Below, piece by piece: positions 20,073-29,915 of a DNA stretch of 64,000 nt (its first letter is position 1; each line of letters starts with the position of its first letter). Origin of the DNA: Escherichia phage MRostami-2023b; the sequence record OQ031492, one strand, 5' to 3'. The notes beneath the pieces were generated by a model. It searched no databases. It saw only the letters and a list, made by a program, of their open reading frames with translations, and was not told the DNA's origin. Both the position numbers and the translations under genes were made by a program.

Positions 20073-21849
20073 AATAGTTGCTATCCGTAGGCAAATTAGC
20101 AGGATTGTTGAAATACTGCTCTTTGTCATGCAGGGTTGCAGTTCTAATGTCATAGTAAAACTGCCCTGCCGGACCAGTTTCCGAGAACTCACGGTTTTTT
20201 AGGATAAAACAATGAGTCGTATTGCGTTCTACAGGGTCTTCAGCGGCTTTATCTCGTTCCAAAGCCAAGGTAATACCAGCACCTTTAGCCAAGAAACTAC
20301 TACCCATTGCATCGTCCTCTGTTAAGTGTTCATTGCCACCATTAGCCGATTTCTTAACGTGTGAGATGACGATAATAGTTATAGCATACTCTTTCATGAT
20401 GCGCTTCAACCATGTTGCTAACTCTTCCTGGGCTTGAACATCCATACCAGAAAGCAAATCAGAATAAGGGTCGATAACAAGAATTGTTACTCCAAAATAG
20501 ATGATCATCTCCAAAACTTTTTCTTTGATAGACTCCACATCTGCTCCACGATCATCACACACATAAAAACGTGGTGATCCATCTTCTCTTTCGTAAAAAT
20601 CTAGGATTTTTTCTTTATTCTCTTCCAAGATTTGAAATTTCTCTTCCGGTGTTTTCCTGTGTAGAGGAATATGCAGGAACGAGGACAACAGGTTACGAGA
20701 ATATTTCTTATAAGTTGCTTCCAAGGATAAAATGCCTAGGGTATGTTCTGGGTGCGCAACAATAATATGTTTGGTGATCTCGTTCACCATCAAAGTTTTA
20801 CCGATACTGGTCTTTGCCAGGATGACGGTAATCTCTTCCTCTACTAAACCACCACCCAGCATATTTGCAGCAACACGCATAAAAGGAGGCAAGGTAATCA
20901 TCTTGGATTCCAAGCATTCTAATGCGGCTTCATACAAGACATTAGAAGCATAAACACCTGCTGGGGTGTATAGACGAGCACTCCAAAAAGCTTTTACGAA
21001 GTCTTTTGCACGACCTTCTTCCAGATATTGATTGGCATCCTTAAGATCCATCTGCATACGGTAGACTTTGTTACGAGGCAGCACCTTAACAATATTTTCA
21101 AATGCCTCATTACCAGCTTTGTCATTATCCATGCAAACAATAATCTTCTTAAATTTTTCAAAGAAGGGATATTGTGCCTGAACTTGTTTATACATACTGG
21201 TTTCACCAGTTGTGCCACTAACTACTGCTGGAAGTTCATATTTGTTGTCCAAGTTTTCAGACAGCATTTGATAAGCTGCCAGAGCATCGTGTTCACCACC
21301 TGTAATTACCACAGTATGAGAACGGTCTGCAAAACGAATTTGTCCAAAAAGATCTACATCTTTACCTACTTGACCAATAGGTTTACTGAAATCTTTAGGA
21401 TGAATACGACGCTTAAAACCAACCAATTCTTTACCGATAGTAGTTGGATATAAACAACTTTCTACTACCATCTGATCCCCTTCCTGACGGTATTCATAAC
21501 GAACACCATAGAAAGATGAAACTTTTTCTTTAATACCTCGATAACCACGTGGGTTGGTTGATGTTTCTTGAACAATTTTACGATGAATCTGTTTATTAAA
21601 TTCCGAACCCACAATCTCCTCCTCTTCTTCTAAAACTTCACCATTTTCTCGTAACCATTCTACGCTAGGAATAGTGTATTCACACGCAAAGCACTTAGCA
21701 CCTTTATGCTCTCCATTAGAATCTAATCCATAAACCATCAGGTTATTACGAGAGCGATCCTTGCCATTTTTCATGCAGCGCGGACAACCTGTATGCCCTT
21801 CCTTGCTAAGATCAACATCAAATCCATATTTAGTTATAATGTGCGACAC
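20071..21849 (-). CDS. Bifunctional primase-helicase (T7 gp4-like)
   Basis: N-terminal Cys4 zinc ribbon (CPRC...CFAC), TOPRIM-like CMDNDKAG, Walker A AKTSIGKT in C-terminal helicase domain. Confidence 0.8.
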   Translation of the reverse strand: MSHIITKYGFDVDLSKEGHTGCPRCMKNGKDRSRNNLMVYGLDSNGEHKGAKCFACEYTIPSVEWLRENGEVLEEEEEIVGSEFNKQIHRKIVQETSTNPRGYRGIKEKVSSFYGVRYEYRQEGDQMVVESCLYPTTIGKELVGFKRRIHPKDFSKPIGQVGKDVDLFGQIRFADRSHTVVITGGEHDALAAYQMLSENLDNKYELPAVVSGTTGETSMYKQVQAQYPFFEKFKKIIVCMDNDKAGNEAFENIVKVLPRNKVYRMQMDLKDANQYLEEGRAKDFVKAFWSARLYTPAGVYASNVLYEAALECLESKMITLPPFMRVAANMLGGGLVEEEITVILAKTSIGKTLMVNEITKHIIVAHPEHTLGILSLEATYKKYSRNLLSSFLHIPLHRKTPEEKFQILEENKEKILDFYEREDGSPRFYVCDDRGADVESIKEKVLEMIIYFGVTILVIDPYSDLLSGMDVQAQEELATWLKRIMKEYAITIIVISHVKKSANGGNEHLTEDDAMGSSFLAKGAGITLALERDKAAEDPVERNTTHCFILKNREFSETGPAGQFYYDIRTATLHDKEQYFNNPANLPTDSNY

Positions 21850-21861
21850 TTTGTTCTCCTG

Positions 21862-22140
21862 TTAAAATGGTTCGTTAGTCTCCATCATATATTCTGCTTC
21901 TAGTTCTTCCATATGCTTTCTAAATTGGAAAGCAATTTCTGCTACAGTTACATTTAAATCTTTTTCAAAAACTTCTGTAGAGCCTTCATAAAAACGAATA
22001 CCGTCAATTAAAAGCCCTCCGTGGTAATCCCAATCACTTTCACGAGAAAGCGGGTTAGGCTCTTCATAATAGTAATCCACCTCCACGACTAAAGCTTTCC
22101 CGTTACGAGTGGTGTATTCAAAATCAAAAGTGTTAATCAT
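21862..22140 (-). CDS. Hypothetical protein
   Basis: 92 aa ORF. Confidence 0.35.
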   Translation of the reverse strand: MINTFDFEYTTRNGKALVVEVDYYYEEPNPLSRESDWDYHGGLLIDGIRFYEGSTEVFEKDLNVTVAEIAFQFRKHMEELEAEYMMETNEPF

Positions 22141-23085
22141 TATAGCTCCTCAAATAAAAGTCTACGACGCTCATTCAACACATCAATGTGATAATGAGTC
22201 CTGACATACTTAGCTAATGCTAATCCTTTCTCCATGCAAACATCGGGAGCACTTAATAAGTATTCCGTAATATCTTTCCACTCGGAAGGTGTTTCAGCAA
22301 AGAATAACAAATCTTTAAACTCTTGTGTATGATAATTCTCACGAGGAGAACAGATCAAAGGTAAACCCTTAGCACCTGCCTCAAGAATTTTTAAGATTGC
22401 TTTTTGCATTATTAAACACGTTATCAATCAATGGCGCAAGACTGATTTGATGACCATCGTAAGATTCCATGTAGTTGGCATATGGTCTTACACCTTCATA
22501 AACACAAGTTGGTGCTACATTTTCTCTGATCACAGACCATTCACGACTACTTAAAACTTCAGAATCCCTACGAAAACCACATATTGTAAGATCTTTACCA
22601 AAATCGGGCAAGATAGCCAAATCTTGTTTATGTGTTTCACTTCCAGCCCAGACTAATGGAGTTTTGGAGTAGCGATCACGGGTCAACACAAATTGACCTT
22701 CATCGTAAGGAAGACCATTAGGGATTATGTGCACATTATCATTGTATTGTGAAAGTTCAACTTGCAAAGCAGGTGTCGTAGTTGTAACAAGATCGCTGTG
22801 CTCTAAAAACCATTTTAAATGTTCACGAATACCTGATTCAAAAATACCTTCTAACATGTGTCCTTTTGGAATAACTAAAGAGTCATCCAAATCCATAACC
22901 ATTTTAAAGCCTAGGTTTTTAAGGGCTAAAAAGCCCTCTTTACCTTTTGTTGGCACTCCGTTAAAAACGAAAACGTTGTGTTTAGGTTGTGAAGAGAACT
23001 GCCTTGAGTAAGGCAGCACTACCCTATGGAAATCGCAGACACTATAATTGATTCCGTTACGATTGTCAAGAATTATTTGTCCCAT
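22140..23085 (-). pseudogene. Glycosyltransferase paralogue interrupted by a frameshift (two overlapping ORFs 22381-23085 and 22140-22427)
   Basis: Both pieces align colinearly to the intact neighbour 23093-23920 (…DNVFNNAKSNLK | ILEAGAKGLPLICS…); frame changes within 22381-22427. Confidence 0.5.
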
Positions 23086-23092
23086 ACTTCAC

Positions 23093-23920
23093 CTACAAAC
23101 TTTCAATAACCTGGCGTCGCAACTCGTTTGCATCTGCCAGATTATAATGTGTTCGAACATGTTCAGCCAAGAACAAGCCACGATCTTCCCGATAGTTTGG
23201 ATTGCGAAGAAGCTTAACAATTTCGTAATGCCATTCTGCTTTATTCTCTGCGTAAGCAACAGCGCGAGCATCTACAGGGTTAAAATAAGGTAATACCTTA
23301 GAACAAACAATTGGAATACCTTTTGCTCCAGCTTCCAGGATTTTGAGATTACTTTTACAATTATTAAAATCATTATCTACCAAAGGAGCTATAGCAATAG
23401 CATGACTTTCGTAAACACTCATGTAATTATCTAAATCTTTTACAGCGGCTTTATATTTAGCATTTGGTAAATTTCTGCGAATCTTAATCCACTCTTGTCC
23501 CGTGATGCTTTGTGATGCTTCATATCCCGCAATAGTAAGAAGTTCATCATCGAAAGTATTAGAGACTAGTCGTAAGTCTGGTTCGTGACTAGCACCGCCA
23601 GCCCATACAACAGGGGTACCTGATGAACGATCATTTGACAAAGTGAATTGTCCGCTATCAAAAGGAAGTGCATTTCGGATCACAACAACATTCCTATTTA
23701 AGTGACGGATCTTATATGCCAAATATTCCGTAGTCACAATAACCACATCAGCAAGCTTAACCATAGCTACAATAGCATGAGTGTTTGACTCGTATAGACT
23801 TGCTAAATAATGTTCTGGATTAAGTTGGTAGAAATCATCTAAATCTACAACAATCTTAACACCTTGACGTTTCAAAGATAAAACGTATTCTGCACCTTTA
23901 GAATGGATACGGTTAAACAC
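23093..23920 (-). CDS. Glycosyltransferase (GT-B/GT4-like C-terminal motif)
   Basis: 275 aa; KILEAGAKGIPIVCS resembles the E-A-x-A-x-G-x-P-V-V donor-binding motif of GT1/GT4 enzymes; paralogue of adjacent gene. Confidence 0.45.
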   Translation of the reverse strand: MFNRIHSKGAEYVLSLKRQGVKIVVDLDDFYQLNPEHYLASLYESNTHAIVAMVKLADVVIVTTEYLAYKIRHLNRNVVVIRNALPFDSGQFTLSNDRSSGTPVVWAGGASHEPDLRLVSNTFDDELLTIAGYEASQSITGQEWIKIRRNLPNAKYKAAVKDLDNYMSVYESHAIAIAPLVDNDFNNCKSNLKILEAGAKGIPIVCSKVLPYFNPVDARAVAYAENKAEWHYEIVKLLRNPNYREDRGLFLAEHVRTHYNLADANELRRQVIESL

Positions 23921-24028
23921 AACAACATCTTTCTTAGGTTGAATATTATTGTTGTTAAATGGTATAACAATACGATGATAGTCACAACCGCTGTGAGGTT
24001 TTGCATCAATTTTAGTTTAGACCATTTT

Positions 24029-24712
24029 TTATTTGACATGTGCTAGTGCCTCCTCATAGGAAATTCGGATTTTCCCATTTTTAATATCTTCTAAAGATGC
24101 TTTATATTCTTCCCAGTTAATCCCAATAGCAGCCTCTTTCTCTTCTTTTGTCAGGTTAGCAAAAGGCATAGGATTGTTTCCAAAAACATCGTCTGGGTGG
24201 ATATAAGCCATGATACGAAGTGGACAAGGTGTTGCCTGAATACCATGATTCAAACCAGCAGCTTGCAAACGGTGTCCCCATTCAGCATCTTCAAAACCAT
24301 AACCGTGAGTGTAAGGACGGAAATAACCCATCTTCTCAACAACGGCACGAGAATACATTGCAAATTGACACATTGCAAGTTCCCAGAGAATAACTTCTCC
24401 TTTGCTTCCAACAACTTTATCTTTGAAGTACTCCGGCATACCAAAGAAATCCCATCCTCCAGAGACAGCTTGATCTACAAAATATGTTTCCCATCCCTCC
24501 ATGACTGGGTAGCAATCGTCGTCAAAAATAAACCAATAATCATAACCTTCTTCATAAAACTGGTGCATAAGTTCATTTCTGGCATAAGCTACACCTTTAC
24601 GATCTGGATCGTTGAATACTCGAAAATCTGCACGTGGATCTGTTACAAGGTAGTCTTTAAGTGGACGGACACCTACAGTGATAACACCCACTCCGATTTT
24701 AATATTTTCCAT
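24029..24712 (-). CDS. Glycosyltransferase (GT-A fold, DxD motif)
   Basis: 227 aa; hydrophobic strand followed by FIFDDDCYP. Confidence 0.45.
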   Translation of the reverse strand: MENIKIGVGVITVGVRPLKDYLVTDPRADFRVFNDPDRKGVAYARNELMHQFYEEGYDYWFIFDDDCYPVMEGWETYFVDQAVSGGWDFFGMPEYFKDKVVGSKGEVILWELAMCQFAMYSRAVVEKMGYFRPYTHGYGFEDAEWGHRLQAAGLNHGIQATPCPLRIMAYIHPDDVFGNNPMPFANLTKEEKEAAIGINWEEYKASLEDIKNGKIRISYEEALAHVK

Positions 24713-24720
24713 TTTCTCTC

Positions 24721-25284
24721 CTAAATAGTTTTACTGTGATCATGACAGTGTAATAAATGATGTATAGACCGTTGAGGATTTGTTTGACCTAATCTGTAAA
24801 TGTGAAACAGATACATTCCCCGCATCAATCCTAACCTCTTTCCTTTTTCATGTAAAGTGCGAGAGAAAATTAAGTCGAATTGGATAGATTTTTCTTCGAA
24901 AGGAATTTCATTCCACAATGATTTTCTAAAAAGCAAAAAGAAACCTGCCAGAGGTGTTCCGAAAGGAACTTCTTCAACACTTACTTTATGATATTCTCTT
25001 GCAATCTTAGCATATTCTATATGGTTTAGAATATCTGGATCATCGTTAATTTGGTTAGAGAAAAGCTGATAACCACTGCCTAACCTGTTACAAGTTGCAC
25101 CTATTACATCAAAAGGCGGGTTTGACATAACAAGCTCTTCAAGCATAGATGGTTGATCAGGTAGGAGGAACATTGTATCGGTATCTCTTAAACACACCCA
25201 ACTATCATCTGGAAGAACGGCAATGGCTTCATTGATAGCCTTGCCGATATTTCCTGTCAGATAGGGAGTAATATAATAAATCAT
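24721..25284 (-). CDS. Putative glycosyltransferase-like protein
   Basis: 187 aa; CLRDTDTMF DxD-like motif; weak. Confidence 0.3.
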   Translation of the reverse strand: MIYYITPYLTGNIGKAINEAIAVLPDDSWVCLRDTDTMFLLPDQPSMLEELVMSNPPFDVIGATCNRLGSGYQLFSNQINDDPDILNHIEYAKIAREYHKVSVEEVPFGTPLAGFFLLFRKSLWNEIPFEEKSIQFDLIFSRTLHEKGKRLGLMRGMYLFHIYRLGQTNPQRSIHHLLHCHDHSKTI

Positions 25285-25300
25285 TCTCCCCTCCGTTATA

Positions 25301-25492
25301 TTAACTGTCAGCTACAATCCCACGTTTAATCATTTCTTGTTGGATTTGGATCACACGATCTCGTGCTTCCATATATTCTTTAAAAGATTCTTGGAGATGG
25401 TCACGGGCTACGTCCCGTAGTTTAATCAGTTTGTCGTTTGTCACTTCTTGAAGTTCAATCTCGCCAGTTTCATTGGTCCCAAGCGTTTTCAT
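25301..25492 (-). CDS. Hypothetical small protein
   Basis: 63 aa ORF. Confidence 0.3.
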   Translation of the reverse strand: MKTLGTNETGEIELQEVTNDKLIKLRDVARDHLQESFKEYMEARDRVIQIQQEMIKRGIVADS

Positions 25493-25700
25493 TTACAACC
25501 TCCTTAATAGCTACTGCACAGTTCTTACAAATACATTGACCTTTGTTCTTAGAAATTTCAATGTAAGGTTCATTTTCGTTTTCTCCGCGTCGTGAGTCGT
25601 ATATTACTGTATTGAAGCAGACAACGCAAATGTTTTTAATAACGACATATTTTTGCACTTTCTGTTTAGTGCGAAAATTGACTTCAATGACTTCTCCCAT
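25470..25700 (-). CDS. Small Cys-rich (zinc-binding?) protein
   Basis: Start placed at internal ATG with RBS aggggag; CVVCFN...CICKNC. Confidence 0.35.
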   Translation of the reverse strand: MGEVIEVNFRTKQKVQKYVVIKNICVVCFNTVIYDSRRGENENEPYIEISKNKGQCICKNCAVAIKEVVNENAWDQ

Positions 25701-25984
25701 CAATGAATCTCCCCTAAAATGTTGTTTTGAGACATTACTGCGGAGCATTCTACAGCATCATGAGTCCTTGCAAAACGCTCCCACAACACAGCATCTACTT
25801 TAAGAACCATACAAGGATAAATACTGTCGTTGATCATGTCAATGCTATATTTATCTACATCCTTTTCATCTTCCATAAACAAAGTAGCGTATGCTTCTAA
25901 ATGCTTACGGGTGTAGTATACATCCTCTTCAGTAAGACCGACAACCAGGTAACTTGCTACAACAACAGTATTATCTTCTTGCAT
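25700..25984 (-). CDS. Hypothetical protein
   Basis: Start placed at ATG preceded by GGGGAG RBS; ATGA overlap with downstream gene. Confidence 0.35.
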   Translation of the reverse strand: MQEDNTVVVASYLVVGLTEEDVYYTRKHLEAYATLFMEDEKDVDKYSIDMINDSIYPCMVLKVDAVLWERFARTHDAVECSAVMSQNNILGEIH

Positions 25985-25985
25985 T

Positions 25986-26507
25986 TTAACTCCCCTTTGG
26001 TAGATAGAAACCATGCACTTTATCTCGATAAACAAGACGCATATCACGTTCCCAGTGTGTTCTTATATTCCGTTTCTTGAAGTATAGAGCACCTTTAGTA
26101 ACATCTAAAACAGACCGCAATTCAGGAAAATGTTTCTCTAAATAAAGTAAACGCTCCGCTATTGCTTTTGCTTCCTGCCACTTATCTTTCTCTGTTACGT
26201 TAAAAGTTTTCGCATATGAGAATTGCCCTTTCTGGAACAAGACTCCTCTGACTGTGTTAGGGAAGTAGGTATCATTTCTTCTGTTGATTACCACATTCCC
26301 AACGGCATTCATTCCTTTTTTACCCAGACCGCGACCTTCTGCGTAAATTGCACAAGCTAATAGAATTTTATCATTATATTGCTTTGTACATTTGTGAACT
26401 ACTTTAGCGGTTTTTACGTTTGCAGCTTCGGCTTTCGCCACAACAGGTGTAAATGTAAAAGCAGTTAAGGATAGTAACGCAACTGTTACAAAGTTTTTTA
26501 TCAGCAA
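25986..26507 (-). CDS. Secreted cell-wall hydrolase (SleB/Hydrolase_2-like), candidate endolysin
   Basis: N-terminal signal peptide (…PVVAKAEA); CAIYAEGRG…NAVGNVVINR…FPNTVRGVLFQKGQFS matches SleB-type motif. Confidence 0.65.
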   Translation of the reverse strand: MLIKNFVTVALLSLTAFTFTPVVAKAEAANVKTAKVVHKCTKQYNDKILLACAIYAEGRGLGKKGMNAVGNVVINRRNDTYFPNTVRGVLFQKGQFSYAKTFNVTEKDKWQEAKAIAERLLYLEKHFPELRSVLDVTKGALYFKKRNIRTHWERDMRLVYRDKVHGFYLPKGS

Positions 26508-26567
26508 ATTTTGCCTCCTTTTTAAGTTAACGAATTTCTAGTATAACACGATAGAGGCTTTATTGCA

Positions 26568-26587
26568 AGAGGGGGATTTCTCCCCCT
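26568..26587. other. G-run hairpin between TerD-like gene and hydrolase gene
   Basis: gaggggga-tttc-tccccctc perfect 8-bp stem; no clear U-tract. Confidence 0.3.
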
Positions 26588-26606
26588 CAAAATCATTTGT
26601 TAATTA

Positions 26607-27209
26607 TTACGGACATTCATACCATTCTTTTTTACCACCAAAGGCCATCACCACATCACAAATATCCAGACCAGCTTTACCTACACCATATGCTTTCAGC
26701 TTCCATTCCCCATCTTCACGAACCAAGGAAGCCACGTGGCAGATTGTGTTGCCAGCTACTTCAGGAGCCAGGAAGTCAAAATCCAGAATTTCCACATTGC
26801 GCTCGGAGTCGAAGATTTTAAGCATACCTTCAGAAGCATGACCAAAACGTTTCAGACCTGTATCATCATCAATGGTCAGAACAAAGGCAATCTCTTGTGC
26901 ATCAGGAGAGATTTTAGCCAGAGTAATATCAATCTGCTCCATGCTGCCAGTTCCATCACGAACATCGTCACCAGCGAAGGTAGAACGTTCAGGATCAAAC
27001 TTGTTAGCATAGCAAACCAGATGACGTGCAGACAGCATTTCAGGATTGCCAGCGGCATTGTGACGACAAACCAGTGCACTTACATCCAGATCTAGTTTAG
27101 AATCAGATTTCCAAGAGAATTCCAGGCGCAGTTCTTTCAGAGCCGGAGCAACTTTCTTCAGGGAAATTTTTTCGCTAGAGCCTTTTTTCAGGGAAATTTT
27201 ATCAGTCAT
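26607..27209 (-). CDS. TerD-domain protein
   Basis: 200 aa; N-terminus KISLKKGSSEKISLKK and GDDVRDGTGS Ca-binding-like motif typical of TerD/TerE family. Confidence 0.65.
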   Translation of the reverse strand: MTDKISLKKGSSEKISLKKVAPALKELRLEFSWKSDSKLDLDVSALVCRHNAAGNPEMLSARHLVCYANKFDPERSTFAGDDVRDGTGSMEQIDITLAKISPDAQEIAFVLTIDDDTGLKRFGHASEGMLKIFDSERNVEILDFDFLAPEVAGNTICHVASLVREDGEWKLKAYGVGKAGLDICDVVMAFGGKKEWYECP

Positions 27210-27224
27210 TTTTTGTCTCCTCTA

Positions 27225-27494
27225 TTATTTAAGTGTAATACCAGTTACAGTCAATTCTACTTCCAAAAGCTTAGATGTGTTTTGGATTGATACTAATTGT
27301 GCATGATGGTTTAGTTCTACAGCAGAATAATCATTTTCCCCATCATCTACTTTTAAATAAACAATGATTTCACTAAGGTCTAAACCATTTTCGTCAAATG
27401 CATTTTCATAGACGAAAGTATCTCCTACATCCAAATCTTTAATGGTAAGGCATCGTTTATTTACTTTTTGCTCATCAATTTCGAAGTTTAACAC
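27225..27494 (-). CDS. Hypothetical protein, paralogue of 28516-28794
   Basis: LDVGDTFVYENAFDENGLD…VELTVTGITLK parallels the other copy. Confidence 0.4.
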   Translation of the reverse strand: MLNFEIDEQKVNKRCLTIKDLDVGDTFVYENAFDENGLDLSEIIVYLKVDDGENDYSAVELNHHAQLVSIQNTSKLLEVELTVTGITLK

Positions 27495-27723
27495 TTCTTC
27501 CTCCTAATGTTATCTCCGGTTTGTATATACGAAGAATTATAGCATTTTCATTTTCTTTGTCAACCAATTCTTCATAATCAGGCCATACATGAATCTCTAC
27601 TCTACTTACAATATCTTCCATTCGCACAGTCCCAATGAAATACTCTTTGAGACTGCGCATAATGAAAGCTTCTCTCTCGCGCCAATAATTTTCTATGACT
27701 TGAGAGGCAAGCTCGTCGATCAT
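27475..27723 (-). CDS. Hypothetical protein
   Basis: 82 aa, translationally coupled. Confidence 0.35.
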   Translation of the reverse strand: MIDELASQVIENYWREREAFIMRSLKEYFIGTVRMEDIVSRVEIHVWPDYEELVDKENENAIILRIYKPEITLGGRSVKLRN

Positions 27724-28514
27724 TTTTTAGCACCTACTTTAACAACCCACTCTCCGAACTCTTCAGATAAGAGTTTGTCATAAAGCTCTGAATCTGTCAA
27801 GTCTAAATCTTTAATGCCAATAAAACCAACATTATCATAAGCATTTGCCAGTTCTTTCAGGAAGCCAAACTTCTCATTACCAACGCCAACCATGAACCAA
27901 TAAATAGGTTTATTCTTATTCTCTTCGATAAGACGACGAACAGCACTAGGATCACCATTCTCACCATCAGTCTGGAAGAATACAACACCAGGGGTAACGT
28001 CAGCACCTGGTTCAGATACAGCTACAACTTTTTCACGCTCTACAGACACTGTTTCAGTTTTACCAAGCAGACGATTAAAGAAGCCTTTCTTTGGAGCCTC
28101 CTCTTGTACCACTTGTTTAGTGGTAATATATTTAGTAACAGTGCCAAAATACTCATCGTAGATATCTGCCATTACAGGGGCGTAATTTGTTCCACCTCCG
28201 ATACGAACATTACGCATACATTTACCAACATAATCGTCGTAAACATTTGCTGTTGCTGGAGTAAGCTCTTGGGAACTCGTATTGAAGGCCCACATATCAA
28301 TTTGTTGATTATCGTCGAACAGCATACCAAAAGGAAGCAGTTTACCTACAAAATCACTCACTACCCCACTAGAATATAGACCATGCATACTACCAGAAAT
28401 ATCTAGAGCACATGCTACACGAAGAACAATCTTACCTTCATTCAGGTTCTTATTCTTTTTCAGAGAGAAAGCAAGGTTTTCTTGACGTTTTTTCAGGCTG
28501 ATTTTCTCGGACAT
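27720..28514 (-). CDS. von Willebrand factor A (vWA) domain protein with TerD-like N-terminal motif
   Basis: MIDAS motif DISGSM; N-terminus MSEKISLKK. Confidence 0.6.
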   Translation of the reverse strand: MSEKISLKKRQENLAFSLKKNKNLNEGKIVLRVACALDISGSMHGLYSSGVVSDFVGKLLPFGMLFDDNQQIDMWAFNTSSQELTPATANVYDDYVGKCMRNVRIGGGTNYAPVMADIYDEYFGTVTKYITTKQVVQEEAPKKGFFNRLLGKTETVSVEREKVVAVSEPGADVTPGVVFFQTDGENGDPSAVRRLIEENKNKPIYWFMVGVGNEKFGFLKELANAYDNVGFIGIKDLDLTDSELYDKLLSEEFGEWVVKVGAKK

Positions 28515-28515
28515 A

Positions 28516-28794
28516 TTATTTCTCCTTCTTAAGTGTAATATTGGTAACTTCTAAATCTACTTCCACCATATTTGTATCTGGTGGGATGCAATGAGTATAG
28601 CCTCGTTGTGCTAGTGATCCATTAATACAAATCGCACTGTTTGTGGAATTTTTAATGAACACCAAGTTACGGTAGGTATCCAACCCTGCGTCTTCATAGG
28701 CATCATAATACATGAATGTGGCCCCTACGTCAAGATCTTCGAAAGCAATAGGTAAATCCTGACTTTTTTCTTCTTGAATATTGAATCTAAACAC
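28516..28794 (-). CDS. Hypothetical protein, paralogue of 27225-27494 (GTG start)
   Basis: Start re-set to GTG after gaggagg RBS giving M-FRFNIQEE… matching MLNFEIDEQ… of paralogue. Confidence 0.4.
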   Translation of the reverse strand: MFRFNIQEEKSQDLPIAFEDLDVGATFMYYDAYEDAGLDTYRNLVFIKNSTNSAICINGSLAQRGYTHCIPPDTNMVEVDLEVTNITLKKEK

Positions 28795-29350
28795 ACATAC
28801 CTCCTCTACCAATTTTGAAGCCCAAATCGTAAGCTTCCTTAGTGATCTTTTGTAACTCACTTATAGGAAGTGTTACAAGAGGATCATCTTCTTCAATTTC
28901 CATCTTGTCATCTTCTGTTTCAATGAGAGTATTATGCACTTTGTGATAAGGGTTGTCAACACGTTTAAACTTATTCTTTTCTGTGCTGAAAAAACAATCT
29001 GGATCTTCTTCACCATCACCCCAACCTTGGTTAGGATCTCCGTCAGATTGTTCTGTAGGGATTTCACCTGTAAAGTACTCTTCCAGCACCATAGCGATAC
29101 CGTCCCTTGGATTTGAGGAATGCATCAAATCACAAACCTTACTCCAATCCATAGCCCATTCAAATCGTTCACGAACACCATTTTCATCCTCCTTTCCAGA
29201 GAAAACACAACCATAACTATCATAGTTGCCATACATCTCTTCAATAACAACACCATCCTTCAAAAGAAAGAGGTAGCAAGGCGATCCGTCGAAAGAAGTA
29301 GAAAGGGCAGCTTTGCCCGATTCTTTGCACAAAAAACTAAAACAACCCAT
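28787..29350 (-). CDS. Hypothetical acidic protein
   Basis: 187 aa ORF. Confidence 0.4.
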   Translation of the reverse strand: MGCFSFLCKESGKAALSTSFDGSPCYLFLLKDGVVIEEMYGNYDSYGCVFSGKEDENGVRERFEWAMDWSKVCDLMHSSNPRDGIAMVLEEYFTGEIPTEQSDGDPNQGWGDGEEDPDCFFSTEKNKFKRVDNPYHKVHNTLIETEDDKMEIEEDDPLVTLPISELQKITKEAYDLGFKIGRGGMCV

Positions 29351-29544
29351 TACAAACCCTCCTTCAGATTATCAAGAGCTACAGTGGTTTCACAAAATTC
29401 TCCATAAGCTTTATGATGTTCCAGAAAAGCTTCGGGTCCACCCCAGTCATTATCTTGTGTATTCCAGCCATCAATAAAAGCATCTTCAATGATTGTGATC
29501 AGTTCTTGTCGAGTCAACTGGANNNNNNNNNNNNNNNNNNNGTA

Positions 29545-29718
29545 TTATACATCTTCTTCCTCCTCTAAGATATGGAACCCGTAATTACAATAATCCTGAA
29601 AGGTTTCGTGTGCAAGATCTTCTATATCTTCTTGAGACATATCATCTTCAATTTCGATATCTACAACCTCATTGCATCCACACCAAGCAGTTTCAATATT
29701 CACTCGTAATATTTTCAT
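29545..29718 (-). CDS. Hypothetical small acidic protein
   Basis: 57 aa, RBS ggaggagg, ATG; not in ORF table (<60 aa). Confidence 0.35.
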   Translation of the reverse strand: MKILRVNIETAWCGCNEVVDIEIEDDMSQEDIEDLAHETFQDYCNYGFHILEEEEDV

Positions 29719-29915
29719 TACTCCTCCTCCTCATTGAAGTCAATATCTGCAAGGAGTTCGAATTTACGGAAGTTACGACAACCTTCATAAATATAACAAT
29801 CACGACAAACTGCTAGAACACTTGGGGGATATATGCCTCCCATCGGTGCGAATCGTTTTTCGTCATCATAACGGACACCAATGTCTTCATCAATTATATA
29901 GATACGGATTCTCAT
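29718..29915 (-). CDS. Hypothetical small protein
   Basis: 65 aa, overlaps neighbours by 1-4 nt. Confidence 0.35.
   Translation of the reverse strand: MRIRIYIIDEDIGVRYDDEKRFAPMGGIYPPSVLAVCRDCYIYEGCRNFRKFELLADIDFNEEEE

Noticed and set aside
26568-26587. G-run hairpins (here and at 7995-8012) as rho-independent terminators
   Set aside because: Stems are strong but the U-tract is weak or absent on the transcribed strand; kept as structural elements only.
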